A stretch of DNA of 64,000 nt from Candidatus Marinacidobacterales bacterium. GTDB lineage: Bacteria; Acidobacteriota; Vicinamibacteria; Marinacidobacterales; DATDRI01. Positions within the stretch are counted from its first letter, which is position 1. The number at the start of each line of letters is the position of its first letter. The position numbers and the translations under genes were made by a program. Under the pieces are notes generated by a model that was not told the DNA's origin, did not search any database, and worked only from the letters and a program-made list of their open reading frames with translations. This document shows positions 40,829-51,953 of the stretch, piece by piece. The DNA lies in NCBI GenBank assembly GCA_965219415.1, contig CBDCNP010000002.1, forward strand, positions 4,960,001 through 5,024,000, written 5' to 3'.

Positions 40829-42213
40829 GGGTTTACGCGGATTCGTGTGGGTAAGTTCTGACGGAAAAACAGTGTAACTCATTGTGTGGAAAAGGTATCG
40901 AGTACTTCATCAGGTGCTGAAAAGTGGTCCATTTTTAGGATAGGCTAACCGAGTGAAAAATTCCCAGTCGATCCGCTCGCTGTTTGCGCTGCCAGGTTTC
41001 GTGGTTGGTGCCGGATTGAAGGGTCTATTCGGTGACCGATACGCCCGCGTCATCCAGCTCAAGAGGCGAAAAAAACAGCTGTGTGCTCTTACTGTGGGCA
41101 ACGGTGCCGGGGGCGCTATGACAAGCAAGTGTGCCGGGTCCGCGACCTGTCGTTGGCAGGCTGGCGGATCTATCTGGAATACGAGCGTCGGCGCGTCAAC
41201 TGTTCTGGGTGCGGCGGTGTGCATGTAGAACAACCTAGACTGGCTGGCGAACAACTCGCGCTACACCCAGCGTTTTGCGACGCATGTGGGCAAGCTGTGC
41301 CGGGATATGCCGAACAAGGCGGTGGCCGAGATGGAACGTCTGCACCACGGTACGGTGAAGGCTCTGGATACGCTCTACATGCAAGAGCAGGTCGACCGGG
41401 CGGGGCTACCGGCGCCTCGGGCCATCGGTGTCGATGAGATCTCCATCCGCAAGGGACATAACTATCGCGTCATTGTCAGCGACCTGGAGCGGGCGCGTCC
41501 CATCTGGGTGGGCGGTGAGGGTCGTAAAGAAACCGACATCGATTTGTTCTTCAAGGCGCTGGGCGGAAAGAAAAGCGCCCGTATCAAGCTGGCCGCCATG
41601 GATATGTGGAAGCCCTTCCGGAACTCGGTGATTCACAACGCGCCTAATGCACGGATCATCTTCGACAAGTTTCATATCATGCGTCATCTGTCAAAGGCCC
41701 TCGATGAGGTCCGGCGCGGTGAGTACAAACGCCTCAGCGGCAAGGACCGGTCGTACATCAAGGGGCAGCGTTACACTTTGCTTTCCCGGCGGGAGAACCT
41801 GAGCCTAGACGGTCGCCGCGCACTCAAAAAGTTGCTCCAGGCCAACCGGCGCCTGAACACCGCCTATATTTTGAAGGAGGCCTTCGGGCAACTCTGGGAT
41901 TACCGCACCGAACGCGGCGCTCGCGCCTTTTTCACCCGTTGGAAAGACAGCCTCAAATGGCAACGCCTGCATCCGTACCAGAAGTTCGCCGGTATGATTG
42001 AGTCCCATTGGGATGGTATCGCCTCCTACTGTCATCCGGAGAACAAAGTCAGTCTCGGCCTAGTTGAAGGGGTCAACAACAAAATCCGTGTTCTGCAACG
42101 ACGCGCCTACGGCTATCGCGACGAGGAATATCTCAAGCTGAAGATCGTGGCGGCTTTCCTTCCGCCATTACCCAGAAATGCAGTTTTCAACCCACACGAA
42201 TCCGCGTAGACCC
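40829..42213 (+). mobile_element. ISL3-family element, copy B (extra frameshift near 41232)
   Basis: Near-identical to copy A; flanked by 8-bp TSD TCAAAAAG. Confidence 0.93.
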
Positions 42214-42270
42214 TCAAAAAGAAAGGAGCCACCCTGGCCATACCAGCCATGATGCAACAGCGCATGTGTT

Positions 42271-43706
42271 GAGTCAAGCCCATTCTTAGTTGAAACTCTC
42301 CACGGCTCACGTTTGAGCGACCTTCTTCTTCGATACGGTTGATGTCTTCGCCTCGATCTTCAGTTCCCGCTTGAGAGCTTCGCGAAACTTGGGAAGATGG
42401 CGGTAGCCCACCACCTTCCTCAAGCGCGGTTCGATGTCTACGAGCGCCGTTGCCAACCAGCGCTGGCGTTGGCTCGAGTTCTTCCAGTGGTCGACCTTCG
42501 CGCAGCGTTCCTCGACGAGAGCATTGACGGACTCAAGGCAGTTCGTCGTCTTGAACGAACGGCCCAGCACCGCGTGCACGCCGAGTCGATGCAACGTCAG
42601 CGTCTCCTCGAGGCCTTCCTCCAGGCTGCCAGCTGCGGATTGGTTCCGCTCTTCTAACTCACCGTGGAGTTGCTCGAGCGCAGTGAGGGCCTCTTCGTAC
42701 TCCGGCCTGTTGTAGGCCCACTGGAGCCGCTTGCGCCATGACGCCTGCTCGCCCTTGGACAGGTAGCTCACTACGTTTTCACGTTTGTGCCACTGGCAGC
42801 GTTGTATCAGGGCCCGCTTACGGAATGCCTTCTTGACTGCCGCTTGGAGACCCTTGCCGCCGTCGATGATCACCAGCAGACCCTGGGAGATATCGAGTCC
42901 CCGCTCGAGCAGTGAACGCAGGAACGGCGTCAACACCTGCGCGTTCTCCGTGTCCGTCTCCACGAAGCCCAAGAAGCGTTTTTCCCCGCAAAGCGTGATG
43001 CCCAGAGCCACGACCATCGTTGCCTCGGCGAATGTCTTCCCATCCAGAAACAGCGCCACCACATCCTCGCCGGTCAGATCCCGTTCCTGCATCTCCCGCA
43101 GCTTCGCAGCGCTCGCTTGCACGAACCCTCGGGACACCGTTGAGCTCGACAGCCCGATGGCGCCCGGAATCGCTTCCGCTGCCGCCTCGTAGTTGCGACA
43201 AGAGATTCCGTAGAGAACTCGTTTCAGCAGAAGATCATTCACCTCACCGCCGTGGCTCACCGCCTCGTAGCAGCGAAGCGGAATCTCTCCTCCCTCGATG
43301 CTCCGAACCCGTGGCACACGGATCGGTACCCGCTGGCCGCCAAGCCCTACCGTGCCCGGGTTGCTTCCGGGACGGCGACCGCGCTCCAGCTCGTCCTTGC
43401 GAGAGTATCGCTCTCCCGCCAACGCCTTCACTTCGTCGTCGAGCAACTCGTGAACGTGCATTAGACCAAGGGGGACCAACCAACGGATCATCTCTACCTT
43501 GGCGTCCAGCGCGAGTTCCCCGTAATCCTCGTGCCTCACCATCTCGACCTCACCCAAACGACGCGACTTCTTGCGTTTCTTGACCGAACGTAGCAGACTT
43601 CCCATCTCGGCTCCTTTCTTCGCGGCTTGATTTTGTTTTGTCCAACGCCCATCAAACCACGGGGTTTGGAGCCGTTTCAATTCCCAACTAAGATTGGCAC
43701 ACTTTC
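42271..43706 (-). mobile_element. IS256-family element (transposase 42307-43605)
   Basis: GISCRNY, LFLDGK, IIDGGKGL, QRCQWHK, TTNCLES; TIRs sharing TCTTAGTTG; 8-bp TSD CATGTGTT. Confidence 0.92.
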
Positions 43707-43840
43707 CATGTGTTCACTGGAACTGACTAGATAATTCGTAAATATTAGTCAATGACAGAAGGATGTTACGCTTGACACGGGAAAGGTCGAGACGTTACGC
43801 TTTAGCCGTTAGGGGGAGTGTAAAATTGGAACCTGAAGCC

Positions 43841-45037
43841 ATGCTGTCCTCAATCCGCCACTTCGTATCTCGTAGCCCAGCGTTTGCGATCGCGCGCCGC
43901 GTTTTAGGTACGTATCGCCGTCAGAAGTACGAACGTAAGATTGCTCGATTCCTGCGTGAACGCACCGGCCTCGCCGACCGACTTCCTCAGGGCGCCGTGT
44001 ACGAAGGCACCATGCGGTGCAATTTGCATTGTGGTTTTTGCTGGGTTGGAGACCTCCTCAACTTGGAGGGTGAGTGGCGCGAAGAATTGCCGCTCGACGC
44101 ACTTCGCTCCGCGTTCCCAGACAAGGTAGGATTTCAGATAAACCTGACGGGTGGAGAGATCTTCATGCGAAAGGACATTTTTGACGTCCTCGATCTCTTT
44201 AAAGGTAAGGGATATTCCTGCGGTTACATCACAACAAACGGCACGATCATCGATGACGAGAGAGCGGATGCGCTTGCAGCACTTGCGCAGTCCGGATTCC
44301 TTAAACACGTCAGCGTCTCCGTCGATGGCCCGAAGGACATTCACGACGAGGCACGCGGCGTTAAAGGTACATTCGAGCGAACCGCAGCCGGACTCCGCCG
44401 GCTCCAAGAAGCGATTAAACGTAACGGTGGTGCACGTTTGCCAATTAGCATTAACACCACGGTCACACAGGAAGGACTTGGCGCACTCGATGAGATGGTC
44501 GACGTAGCCGAAGAACTAGGTGTCGACGCAATTGGGCTTAATCACCTGATGTACAGCACACCCGAAGAGGTCAACGAAACACTACGTCTTCTCGGTGAGG
44601 ACGACCCCGCTGTGATCCAAACCTATGTAACACCAGACCCCGGTCTACGCCCAGAGTCTGTGCGACAGAAGGTGTTATCGCTTGCGGATAAATGTCAGCA
44701 CGCCAACATTCGGTTCGGAGCTCGCCCGCAAATATCTGATGACGTCCTCGATCAGTATTATGAACCTGGTGGGCGCGTCGAGGGACGCTGCCTTTATCCG
44801 TTCCTCAATGCGCGCGTATCCTTCAGTGGCAAGGTGTACTTTTGCCCAATGATCAGAGTTGAAGTAGGCGACCTCACAAAGAACTCAATGGAGGAGATTT
44901 GGAACAGCGAACGCTACGTCGAACTGAGGCGACGTCTTCTCGACAACACACTGTTTCCCGTATGCCAGCGCTGCTGTAAGGTAGAGCTTTCCCCAGAGCG
45001 TGCCATCCAACCGGACACCTTGCAGATAGAGAGTTAG
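43841..45037 (+). CDS. Radical SAM / SPASM domain protein
   Basis: CNLHCGFC, TGGE, TTNGT, SVDG; C-terminal CLYPF...C...IWNS...CQRCC. Confidence 0.9.
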   Translation: MLSSIRHFVSRSPAFAIARRVLGTYRRQKYERKIARFLRERTGLADRLPQGAVYEGTMRCNLHCGFCWVGDLLNLEGEWREELPLDALRSAFPDKVGFQINLTGGEIFMRKDIFDVLDLFKGKGYSCGYITTNGTIIDDERADALAALAQSGFLKHVSVSVDGPKDIHDEARGVKGTFERTAAGLRRLQEAIKRNGGARLPISINTTVTQEGLGALDEMVDVAEELGVDAIGLNHLMYSTPEEVNETLRLLGEDDPAVIQTYVTPDPGLRPESVRQKVLSLADKCQHANIRFGARPQISDDVLDQYYEPGGRVEGRCLYPFLNARVSFSGKVYFCPMIRVEVGDLTKNSMEEIWNSERYVELRRRLLDNTLFPVCQRCCKVELSPERAIQPDTLQIES

Positions 45038-45375
45038 TCATTTCTATCCCGAGGAACAATCCGCGGGAGGGCTATAGGAGGCAGCGGGGCTTCGGGGCGA
45101 CAGTGAACTCGGATGGTAGGTCGAAGCTACCTCGGCTGCTCGATCGTCGACGCGCCGTCACATTGTTCCGGAAGCTCGTCGAGGAGCAACTCCGCGTTGC
45201 GGCGAACGCCGACGGGGTAGGTTGTTGCAGTGCGATTCCCGGCGGGCAGGCTGAGGCTTTCAATTCGTTGTGCAGCGTCGACTCTGGCCGCCCAACGCGC
45301 GTGGTGCTTGCGCTGTTTGCTGTTGGTGTTGTGTACGTATCCCTTTGCAAAAAAAGGCGCTTACGCTCCATTTTG

Positions 45376-46577
45376 GGTGCTTCCGCCGTCAAGTGTTGCT
45401 ACGCGGCTGCGGGCAGTGGTACAGGTGCGGAAGAGAGCGGGTTGCGCGCCCCAGTGAGCAGGAAAACCTCGATCCGCAACCACAAAGGAATCGTCGTCGC
45501 AAAGAAGATGTCTCGAAAGGTGAGCCGTCGCGTGGTGAGACCGGCTTGCATAGCCGGAGTTCGGATCTCACGTCCGAACTTCAGAGCTCCGGTGCGGTCG
45601 GACGAAGTTGTAATAGCAACGGAGCAACTCCAGGTGCTCATCGAGCCTCTCCGTCGAGCGAGCGTGGGAAAGCGTTCGTCTCGAAAGGTATGCCGAGCTT
45701 TGCCGGATGGTCAGATTCAACCGCTCGATGAACGACGTGTTCAATGTCGAAGAGTCCTCGGAGTTATTGAGCGCGTCTTCGAATCGCCACGCGGCTCCGT
45801 GCAGCACTCTCCGTTCGACCTTGATGATGCGATCGTTCCTGCGCGTCTTGAGGACCTGGCCATAAAGACACGCTGGCCCGAAGAAGCGACGGATGACCTT
45901 CTGGTAGAATTCGAATCCATCCGTGACGATCAAGGGAAGACGCTCGAAATTCATCCGCCTCGAAAGGTCGCGAAACAGAGCGTGAGTGTTCCCGGTGGCT
46001 TCGCCTTCCCGTCACCGTCGATGGCCAGAGCCGAGACCAGACCTCGATTGTAACGAAGACCCAACTCGGCGTCTTCTTGTTGCCCACGAACGTGCGAATC
46101 TCGTCGGCTTGAAGCTCTTTGGCAGCGAAGCCAGCGATCCTTCTGTGATTGAATCGACGACACACTTGGGCTGCCTTCTCGAGCCAGCGGGCGACGGTGT
46201 TCCAGGCAATCCCTTTGATCCGGGAAATCGAGGAAATGCTGACACCCTCGACTCTGAGAGCAATGACCCCATCGAAAGTAGCTCTTCGATGTTGGAGACG
46301 GTAGTAGGGCGTGCCTTTCGTCGAAGAGAACGTCTTTCCGCACTCGCCGCACCGGTATCGACGGCGTTTCCCGGACCTCGTTCTGTAGAATCCGTTGTGA
46401 ATAATGCTTCTGGAACCGACTTTTCCATACGACGGACATGCGGGATTGAGACATCTGCGATTCTTCACTTCGGCTCGGCCCTTACGATGAGAGAACTGTG
46501 TCTTCAGAATTCTGGTTCAAACCCTAGCACGCGAACGGGTTACGCGGCAGCCACCAACACTTCATGGCGGAAGCACC
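45376..46577 (-). mobile_element. IS1-family element, copy 5 (diverged variant, two frameshifts)
   Basis: TIRs GGTGCTTCCGCC; 1202 bp; variant N-terminus SYGKVGSRSIIHNG. Confidence 0.85.
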
Positions 46578-46886
46578 GAAAACTTACCGACTGTCCCTGA
46601 CTGGCTCTAGTTTGCTGCTCAATGTATTCGTTCTGCTGCGAGACAAGTTGATTCTGCCACCACAGCAGGTACCCTTGCCAGTCGCGAGAGCGAGCCCCTC
46701 TACGTTCATAAGACGCCTGTTGCATCGTCGGGCCGACCGATACGGACCAGCCGATCGTGGCAGGTCTAAACCGCGCAATCAACGCTGGATCGACTTTTTG
46801 CGGAGCACAGGCCCTCGAGGCGGGCCGATGGTTGAACGCGCACACGACCCACCAACAAGAGATCGGGTTCTGGTTCCGTCGCGGCG

Positions 46887-49610
46887 CTAGGCGGACTTCG
46901 CGGGGCTCTTTTTGCCGCGGGCCGTCTGTCCGCGCAGCTGCTGGATGTTCTTCTCGATGCGTTCCGCAAGCTCGCGCTCGTGCTGCAGAGTCTGCAACGT
47001 CCCCTGCGCTTCTCGCATCACGAACTCGAGACGAGCGATCCGTTCGCCCACGTCGTCGATGACCGCCTTCTGTTCGCCGACCATCTCGAGATTCACCCGC
47101 ACGTCCTCAAGGAGGTGGGCGATCTGGTTCGTCTTGGCCTGCACATCGGTGACGACGGCGTGCCGTCCCTCGATCGACGCGATCTTCTGCTCGGTGTCGC
47201 GGGCCATCGACAGGAGGCTCTGCACCCGCGCGCGCACAGCCGCCACCTCGTCGCGATGCGCGGCGACGTACTCCAGGTCGGCCTTGCTTCGGGCGCTCAC
47301 CTCGTGCACCCCCTCCACCTGGGTCCGCACCGCGGCGACGATCGCGTCGCGGTCGGCCAGGGCCTTGATTTTCTCCTCGACGGCCTGCTGCTGGCCGGCG
47401 AGACTGCCCAGCCGCGCCTCGACCGCCCCGACGCGCTTCTCGGCAAACGCCAGCTGCGACCGGCGCTGCTCCAACGACGCGTACATCGTCTCAACGCGTT
47501 TGAGCTGATCCTCCGCGGCTTTGGTCTGCGACACCGCGTCGCGCTGGCTGGCCTGCACGCGCGCCAGCTCGCCCACCAGCTCGTCTCTCGCCGTCCCCGC
47601 CCGTGCCAGCTGCTCGTTGAGCGACTGGATCTGCGTGAGGCGCTCCTCGGTCTCGGCGGTCAGGCTCCGGCTCGACTCGACCAGCGCGCCGAGCCGCGCC
47701 TCCTGCGAGTCGAGCGCGGCAGCGTCCTGCTGGACGGCCGTCACCTGCGCCTGCGTCTTCCCCAGGTGATCCTGCAGGATGGCGACGCGGTTCTCCATCG
47801 GCAGCACCTTCGCCTGCAGCGCCGCCACGGCCTCGACTTTCTGGTGCGCCTCCAACATCTGAGCCACGACGGCGTCGCACTGGGCCTGCAAGGTGTCGAG
47901 CTCGGTGCGGCGCGCGAGCTGCTCCGCGAGCTTGCCGTCAATGTCGACGGTGAGCGTGTGCAGCGCATCGACCCGCCCGTCGAGCTTGTCGAGGAACTGC
48001 ACGCGCGCGCCCACGCGGGTGGCCTGGGCGTCGAGCTCGCCCACCACCTCGCCGAGCTTGACCGCCTGCCGGGTGCCCTCCTCGGCCTGCGCCAACTTGC
48101 CCAGCACGGTGTCGAGGCGCGCCTCGATCTCGGGCGTCCGCGCCTTGAACTCACTGATCCGGCCGATGAAGCCTTCGAGCGCCGACCGGTCCGCCCCCAT
48201 CTGGTCACGCAGCCGTACGGCCTCGGCGTGCGACTTGTGGAAGTCCTGGATGTCGACCCGCAGGCGGTCGAGATCGTTCCGCGTCTGCTTCAAGCCCTCG
48301 AACTGCGTTGTCGTCTGCTTCGACAGCGCATCGACCTCCGTCAGCCGCTCGCCGAGCGACTCCAGATCGGCCTGCTTGGTGGAGAGCTCCCCCGCCCGGG
48401 CCAGCAAGCCCTCGAACGCCTTGCTCAGACCATCGACGCGCTGGCCGAGCGGCGCCAGGTGCCGCTCGCGGGCGCTCAGCGCCTTGATCCGGCTCTCGGC
48501 CTCGCCCACCGACGACTGCAGCACACCCACCCGCTGCTGATAGACCTCGAGGCTCTTGTTCTCCTGCCCGACCCGATCGAGCGCGGCGCGCATCTGATCC
48601 ACCAGCGCCCGCCAGTCCTTCTTGAATCGCGCGGCCTCGCGGGCCATCTCGTCCCGCACCTTGGCGGCGCCCTCCGCCCGGGCGGTCACGTCCTCGACGA
48701 GCTTTTCGACGCGCGTCACCACCTTCTCGCCGCGGGCGGCTTTCTTGAGCCCTTCGTTCAGCTTGCCGATCTGCACGTCCATCGCCCAGACCATCTCGTT
48801 GAGCCGGTTCGCCTCCACCGTGGCCCGGTCGATCGTGTGTTTCTGGCTCTCCAGCGCTTTGGCCTTCTGCGTGACATGCTCGGCCAGCGCGTTGAGCGCG
48901 GTGAGCTTGTCCTCGGTCGTCTCACTCCGATTCTGGAGTTGCATCAGCGGGCCGAGCCGGCTCTCGATGTCCTTCACCGCGGCCGTCGCCACGGAGGCAT
49001 CCTCGCGCGCCGCGCGGGTCGTGTCCCGCAGCTTCGCGTAGTCCTGGCCGAGCTGTCCCGCGGTGCCACGCACCTGCTCGATCTCGCCACGAAGCCCCCC
49101 GGCCGCCTCGATCGCCTGGCATGTCTCGGCCTTCGACTGGGCGATCTGTTTGCGCAGATCTTCGAGCACGGCCCGTTCGTGCGCCAGCGCCTCGACGCTC
49201 GCCCGCGTCTCCAGCGTCTGCGAGGAAAGGTGCTGCACCTGCTGGCGGTGCTTCTGGAGGTCGCCGTCGGGCGCCATCAGCTTCTCGGCAACCTCCTGCG
49301 CCGCCCCGGCCGTCTGCAGCATCGCCTCGACGCGTTGTTCCACCTCGTCGAACGCCTTGGTCCGGGCCTCGAGGCCGTCGATACGCGACAGCACCTCACC
49401 GAGCCGCTCGCCGATCGAATTCGCCTTCTGGTCGACCGCCTTAAGCGACTTGCCGACCTGGCCCAGCTTCGAGCTGCGCGTCGAGACCTGGGTGAGCATG
49501 GCACTGAGCGCTCCCCGCTCCTCCCGCGCCGTCTCGATCAGCTTGTGGAGATCCTCCACCTGGCGCTGCGCCTTTCCGCCCCCGCCGATCCATTTGAATG
49601 CGTCCATCAT
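46887..49610 (-). CDS. 907-aa long coiled-coil protein of unknown function
   Basis: Continuous heptad-rich A/E/L/Q/R sequence; no Walker motifs or TM segment; AAGGA RBS; very high GC. Confidence 0.75.
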   Translation of the reverse strand: MMDAFKWIGGGGKAQRQVEDLHKLIETAREERGALSAMLTQVSTRSSKLGQVGKSLKAVDQKANSIGERLGEVLSRIDGLEARTKAFDEVEQRVEAMLQTAGAAQEVAEKLMAPDGDLQKHRQQVQHLSSQTLETRASVEALAHERAVLEDLRKQIAQSKAETCQAIEAAGGLRGEIEQVRGTAGQLGQDYAKLRDTTRAAREDASVATAAVKDIESRLGPLMQLQNRSETTEDKLTALNALAEHVTQKAKALESQKHTIDRATVEANRLNEMVWAMDVQIGKLNEGLKKAARGEKVVTRVEKLVEDVTARAEGAAKVRDEMAREAARFKKDWRALVDQMRAALDRVGQENKSLEVYQQRVGVLQSSVGEAESRIKALSARERHLAPLGQRVDGLSKAFEGLLARAGELSTKQADLESLGERLTEVDALSKQTTTQFEGLKQTRNDLDRLRVDIQDFHKSHAEAVRLRDQMGADRSALEGFIGRISEFKARTPEIEARLDTVLGKLAQAEEGTRQAVKLGEVVGELDAQATRVGARVQFLDKLDGRVDALHTLTVDIDGKLAEQLARRTELDTLQAQCDAVVAQMLEAHQKVEAVAALQAKVLPMENRVAILQDHLGKTQAQVTAVQQDAAALDSQEARLGALVESSRSLTAETEERLTQIQSLNEQLARAGTARDELVGELARVQASQRDAVSQTKAAEDQLKRVETMYASLEQRRSQLAFAEKRVGAVEARLGSLAGQQQAVEEKIKALADRDAIVAAVRTQVEGVHEVSARSKADLEYVAAHRDEVAAVRARVQSLLSMARDTEQKIASIEGRHAVVTDVQAKTNQIAHLLEDVRVNLEMVGEQKAVIDDVGERIARLEFVMREAQGTLQTLQHERELAERIEKNIQQLRGQTARGKKSPAKSA

Positions 49611-50100
49611 GTGGTCCTTGCCTTAGTGTCTGAGCCCTGTGAGTTGTGAAGAATAGCGTACCTGTCGCCTCCCCTATCGGGGGCAGGGCCGGGTCGCAAC
49701 GACCCAGCCACACGCGGCCTCCCTGTTCGGGGCGGTTTATTACTAATATATTCTATCTCTCCTGTCAATCCGGCGCGTGGGTCTTGAGTTCGTTTGTGTT
49801 TTTGGACACGACGCGCATGCGGGGACCTATCGCGAGGGGCGGCACGGGATCGAACTGGTCGCCGAACAAACGATCAGTGTCTCGCCCGAGAAGACACCGC
49901 CGTTCTCAGAGCTGGGTAGAACGGAGCACAAGCTATCGGTGGAGCGTCTGGGGGAAACCCTGGTGATCACGTTCGGCAGCGGAACGGAGCAGACCTTCAG
50001 GCGGCTCGGAGACGCCGAGCGTGAAGGAGACTCCTACGCTCTGGAAGTTCTGCGCTGGGCGGAAGCTCAGGCAACGAAGGTGTCCTACCGGCGCGACGCT

Positions 50101-51185
50101 GCCTTGGTGCACAACTCCGATAGAGGCCGAGAGCTCGCTTGGCCCCGACTCCCATCATCCGATCATCTCGCTATCAGGCATCCCGAGCGCCGTCATGGTG
50201 TTGAGAATCTTGCACCCGATCCTTGCCTCACCTCTCTGTGCCGCCAACCCTCTCGCTCGCATCGCTGAGCCCACGATAGCCTTGTAGCGATGGAACGTTG
50301 TCTCGACTTTGCTCCGTTTGCTGTAGCCCGATTCTGTGTGCCACTTTCGTTTGCCGAGCCGAGCTTGTGCTGCAATGTTGCGATTGCGCTGTCGGCTGCT
50401 CGCCGGCCCCGATGCGAGCAGGGCGCCCTTGCGCGGCGGTATCAGCACCCTCGGCGAGCGATGAGCGCTGTGATTCTCGATTGCCTCATAGACGCCGCCG
50501 GCGTCGTATGCGGTGTCAGCTCTGGCCGATGAGATGGGACTGTCGATCTGTCCGACAAGCGATGCAACCCGCGATGAATCGCGGGCTCTTTTGCTCGTCA
50601 GCTCGCCGGCGACGACTTCGCCACTCTGCTCGTCGACACACAGATGGAGCTTGCGATAGTCCCTGCTCTTTTGTGCTCTGCGCAGCTGGCCGGCGTGGAC
50701 AGCGAGACCGCTGCTGTCGATCAAGATGTGCAACGGCGTCTTCTGCTTGACTGGGTAGAAGGGGACCTTACCCAGCTTCGGCTTGCGCCTCGAGATCGTG
50801 GTGTGATCGGGCACATCATTGTCTAGCTTCATCAGAGCGAACAACGACCGCAGCAATCCCTCGCTCTGCCTAGATGACAGATGAAACACCATGCCCAGGG
50901 TGACAGCCGTCTCGATGGCGTGGTTCGAGTACTTGCGTTGACGGCCCGGTTTCCTCCTCCTTGGCCGGGGCGCGTCCCAGTTCACAAGCTTGCCGGCGGT
51001 GAGCGAGATCCAGACGGTCAGGCTCCCGCGGTTGCGTAGACCCGCCTCATATTCACGCCAATTCCTCACGCGATAGGCCTTCTTCACATACTGCCGCTGA
51101 GTGCGTTTGAAAATGCTCATGGGGAACCTCGTATCCGCGAGTACAGGACAATTGTGGACCGAGATCGAGAGTTGTGCACCAAGGC
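50101..51185 (-). mobile_element. IS5-family (IS903-group) element (transposase 50155-51120)
   Basis: YRVRNWREYEAGLRNRGSLTVW, IDSSGL, RKLHL, ADTAYD, Y..RSKVET; TIR GCCTTGGTGCACAACTC. Confidence 0.92.
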
Positions 51186-51620
51186 ATCAAACTGGTAGAT
51201 TTCGGTATCGCCAAGGCGGCTATCAAGGCTCCCTCCACGGACAGCGGTTCCCTTAGAGGTAAGCTTCTCTACATGTCGCCCGAGCAGGCATGGGGGCGAG
51301 TCATGGACAAGCGGTCCGACATTTTCTCATTGAGCGCTGTCTTCTTCGAAATGCTGACCGGGCGCAGCCTATTCATGGGAACTTCGGAGATGAGCATTTT
51401 GGAAAGAGTAAGGGAGGCCAAGTTCCTGACACCTTCCTCGTTCAACCCCGCGATTCCCATCGAGCTGGAAGCGGTGACCGCCCGCGCACTCAAGAAGGAT
51501 CCGGACGATCGTTACCAGGACGGTTCCGAGATGTTGCGGGACCTAGACGCCTATTTGCGCCGCCGACCGGCGGTGGGAAGCGCCGAACTGGCAGCTCGCG
51601 TAGCGGAGCTCTTCTGTTAG
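51186..51620 (+). pseudogene. Ser/Thr protein kinase, N-terminus deleted by IS5
   Basis: IKLVDFGIAK, GKLLYMSPEQ, DKRSDIFS. Confidence 0.85.
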
Positions 51621-51695
51621 TCCGACACAACCAGAGATGGGAGCCGAGACCGAAACTAATCTGCGTCGCGTAGGAAGGAGCCGAGTGTAGCAAAG

Positions 51696-51941
51696 ATGCC
51701 GCTTACCGACGAAGAGGAACGCACTTACCGCCAGACCCTCGAAGTGGCGCAGCGTCAACTCGAGGAGATCGACGAGAACATCGAGCGCGAGCTCGAGCAA
51801 GTGAAAGAACGCTTTGCGGGGCTTCAGGAAAAACGCAAGGCGGCCCTCCAGATGTATGACGCGGCCTGTACGATGCTCGGCATCGAGAACGAGTTCGAAC
51901 ACTACGAAGAAGAAGGCTCGGACCAAGAGCCGCAAATCTAA
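51696..51941 (+). CDS. Small acidic coiled-coil hypothetical protein
   Basis: AGGAG upstream; heptad pattern; 81 aa. Confidence 0.65.
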   Translation: MPLTDEEERTYRQTLEVAQRQLEEIDENIERELEQVKERFAGLQEKRKAALQMYDAACTMLGIENEFEHYEEEGSDQEPQI

Positions 51942-51953
51942 GCACGAAGGCAG

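Noticed and set aside
46980-49649. 889-aa plus-strand ORF
   Set aside because: Antisense shadow of the coiled-coil gene, caused by high-GC codon bias.
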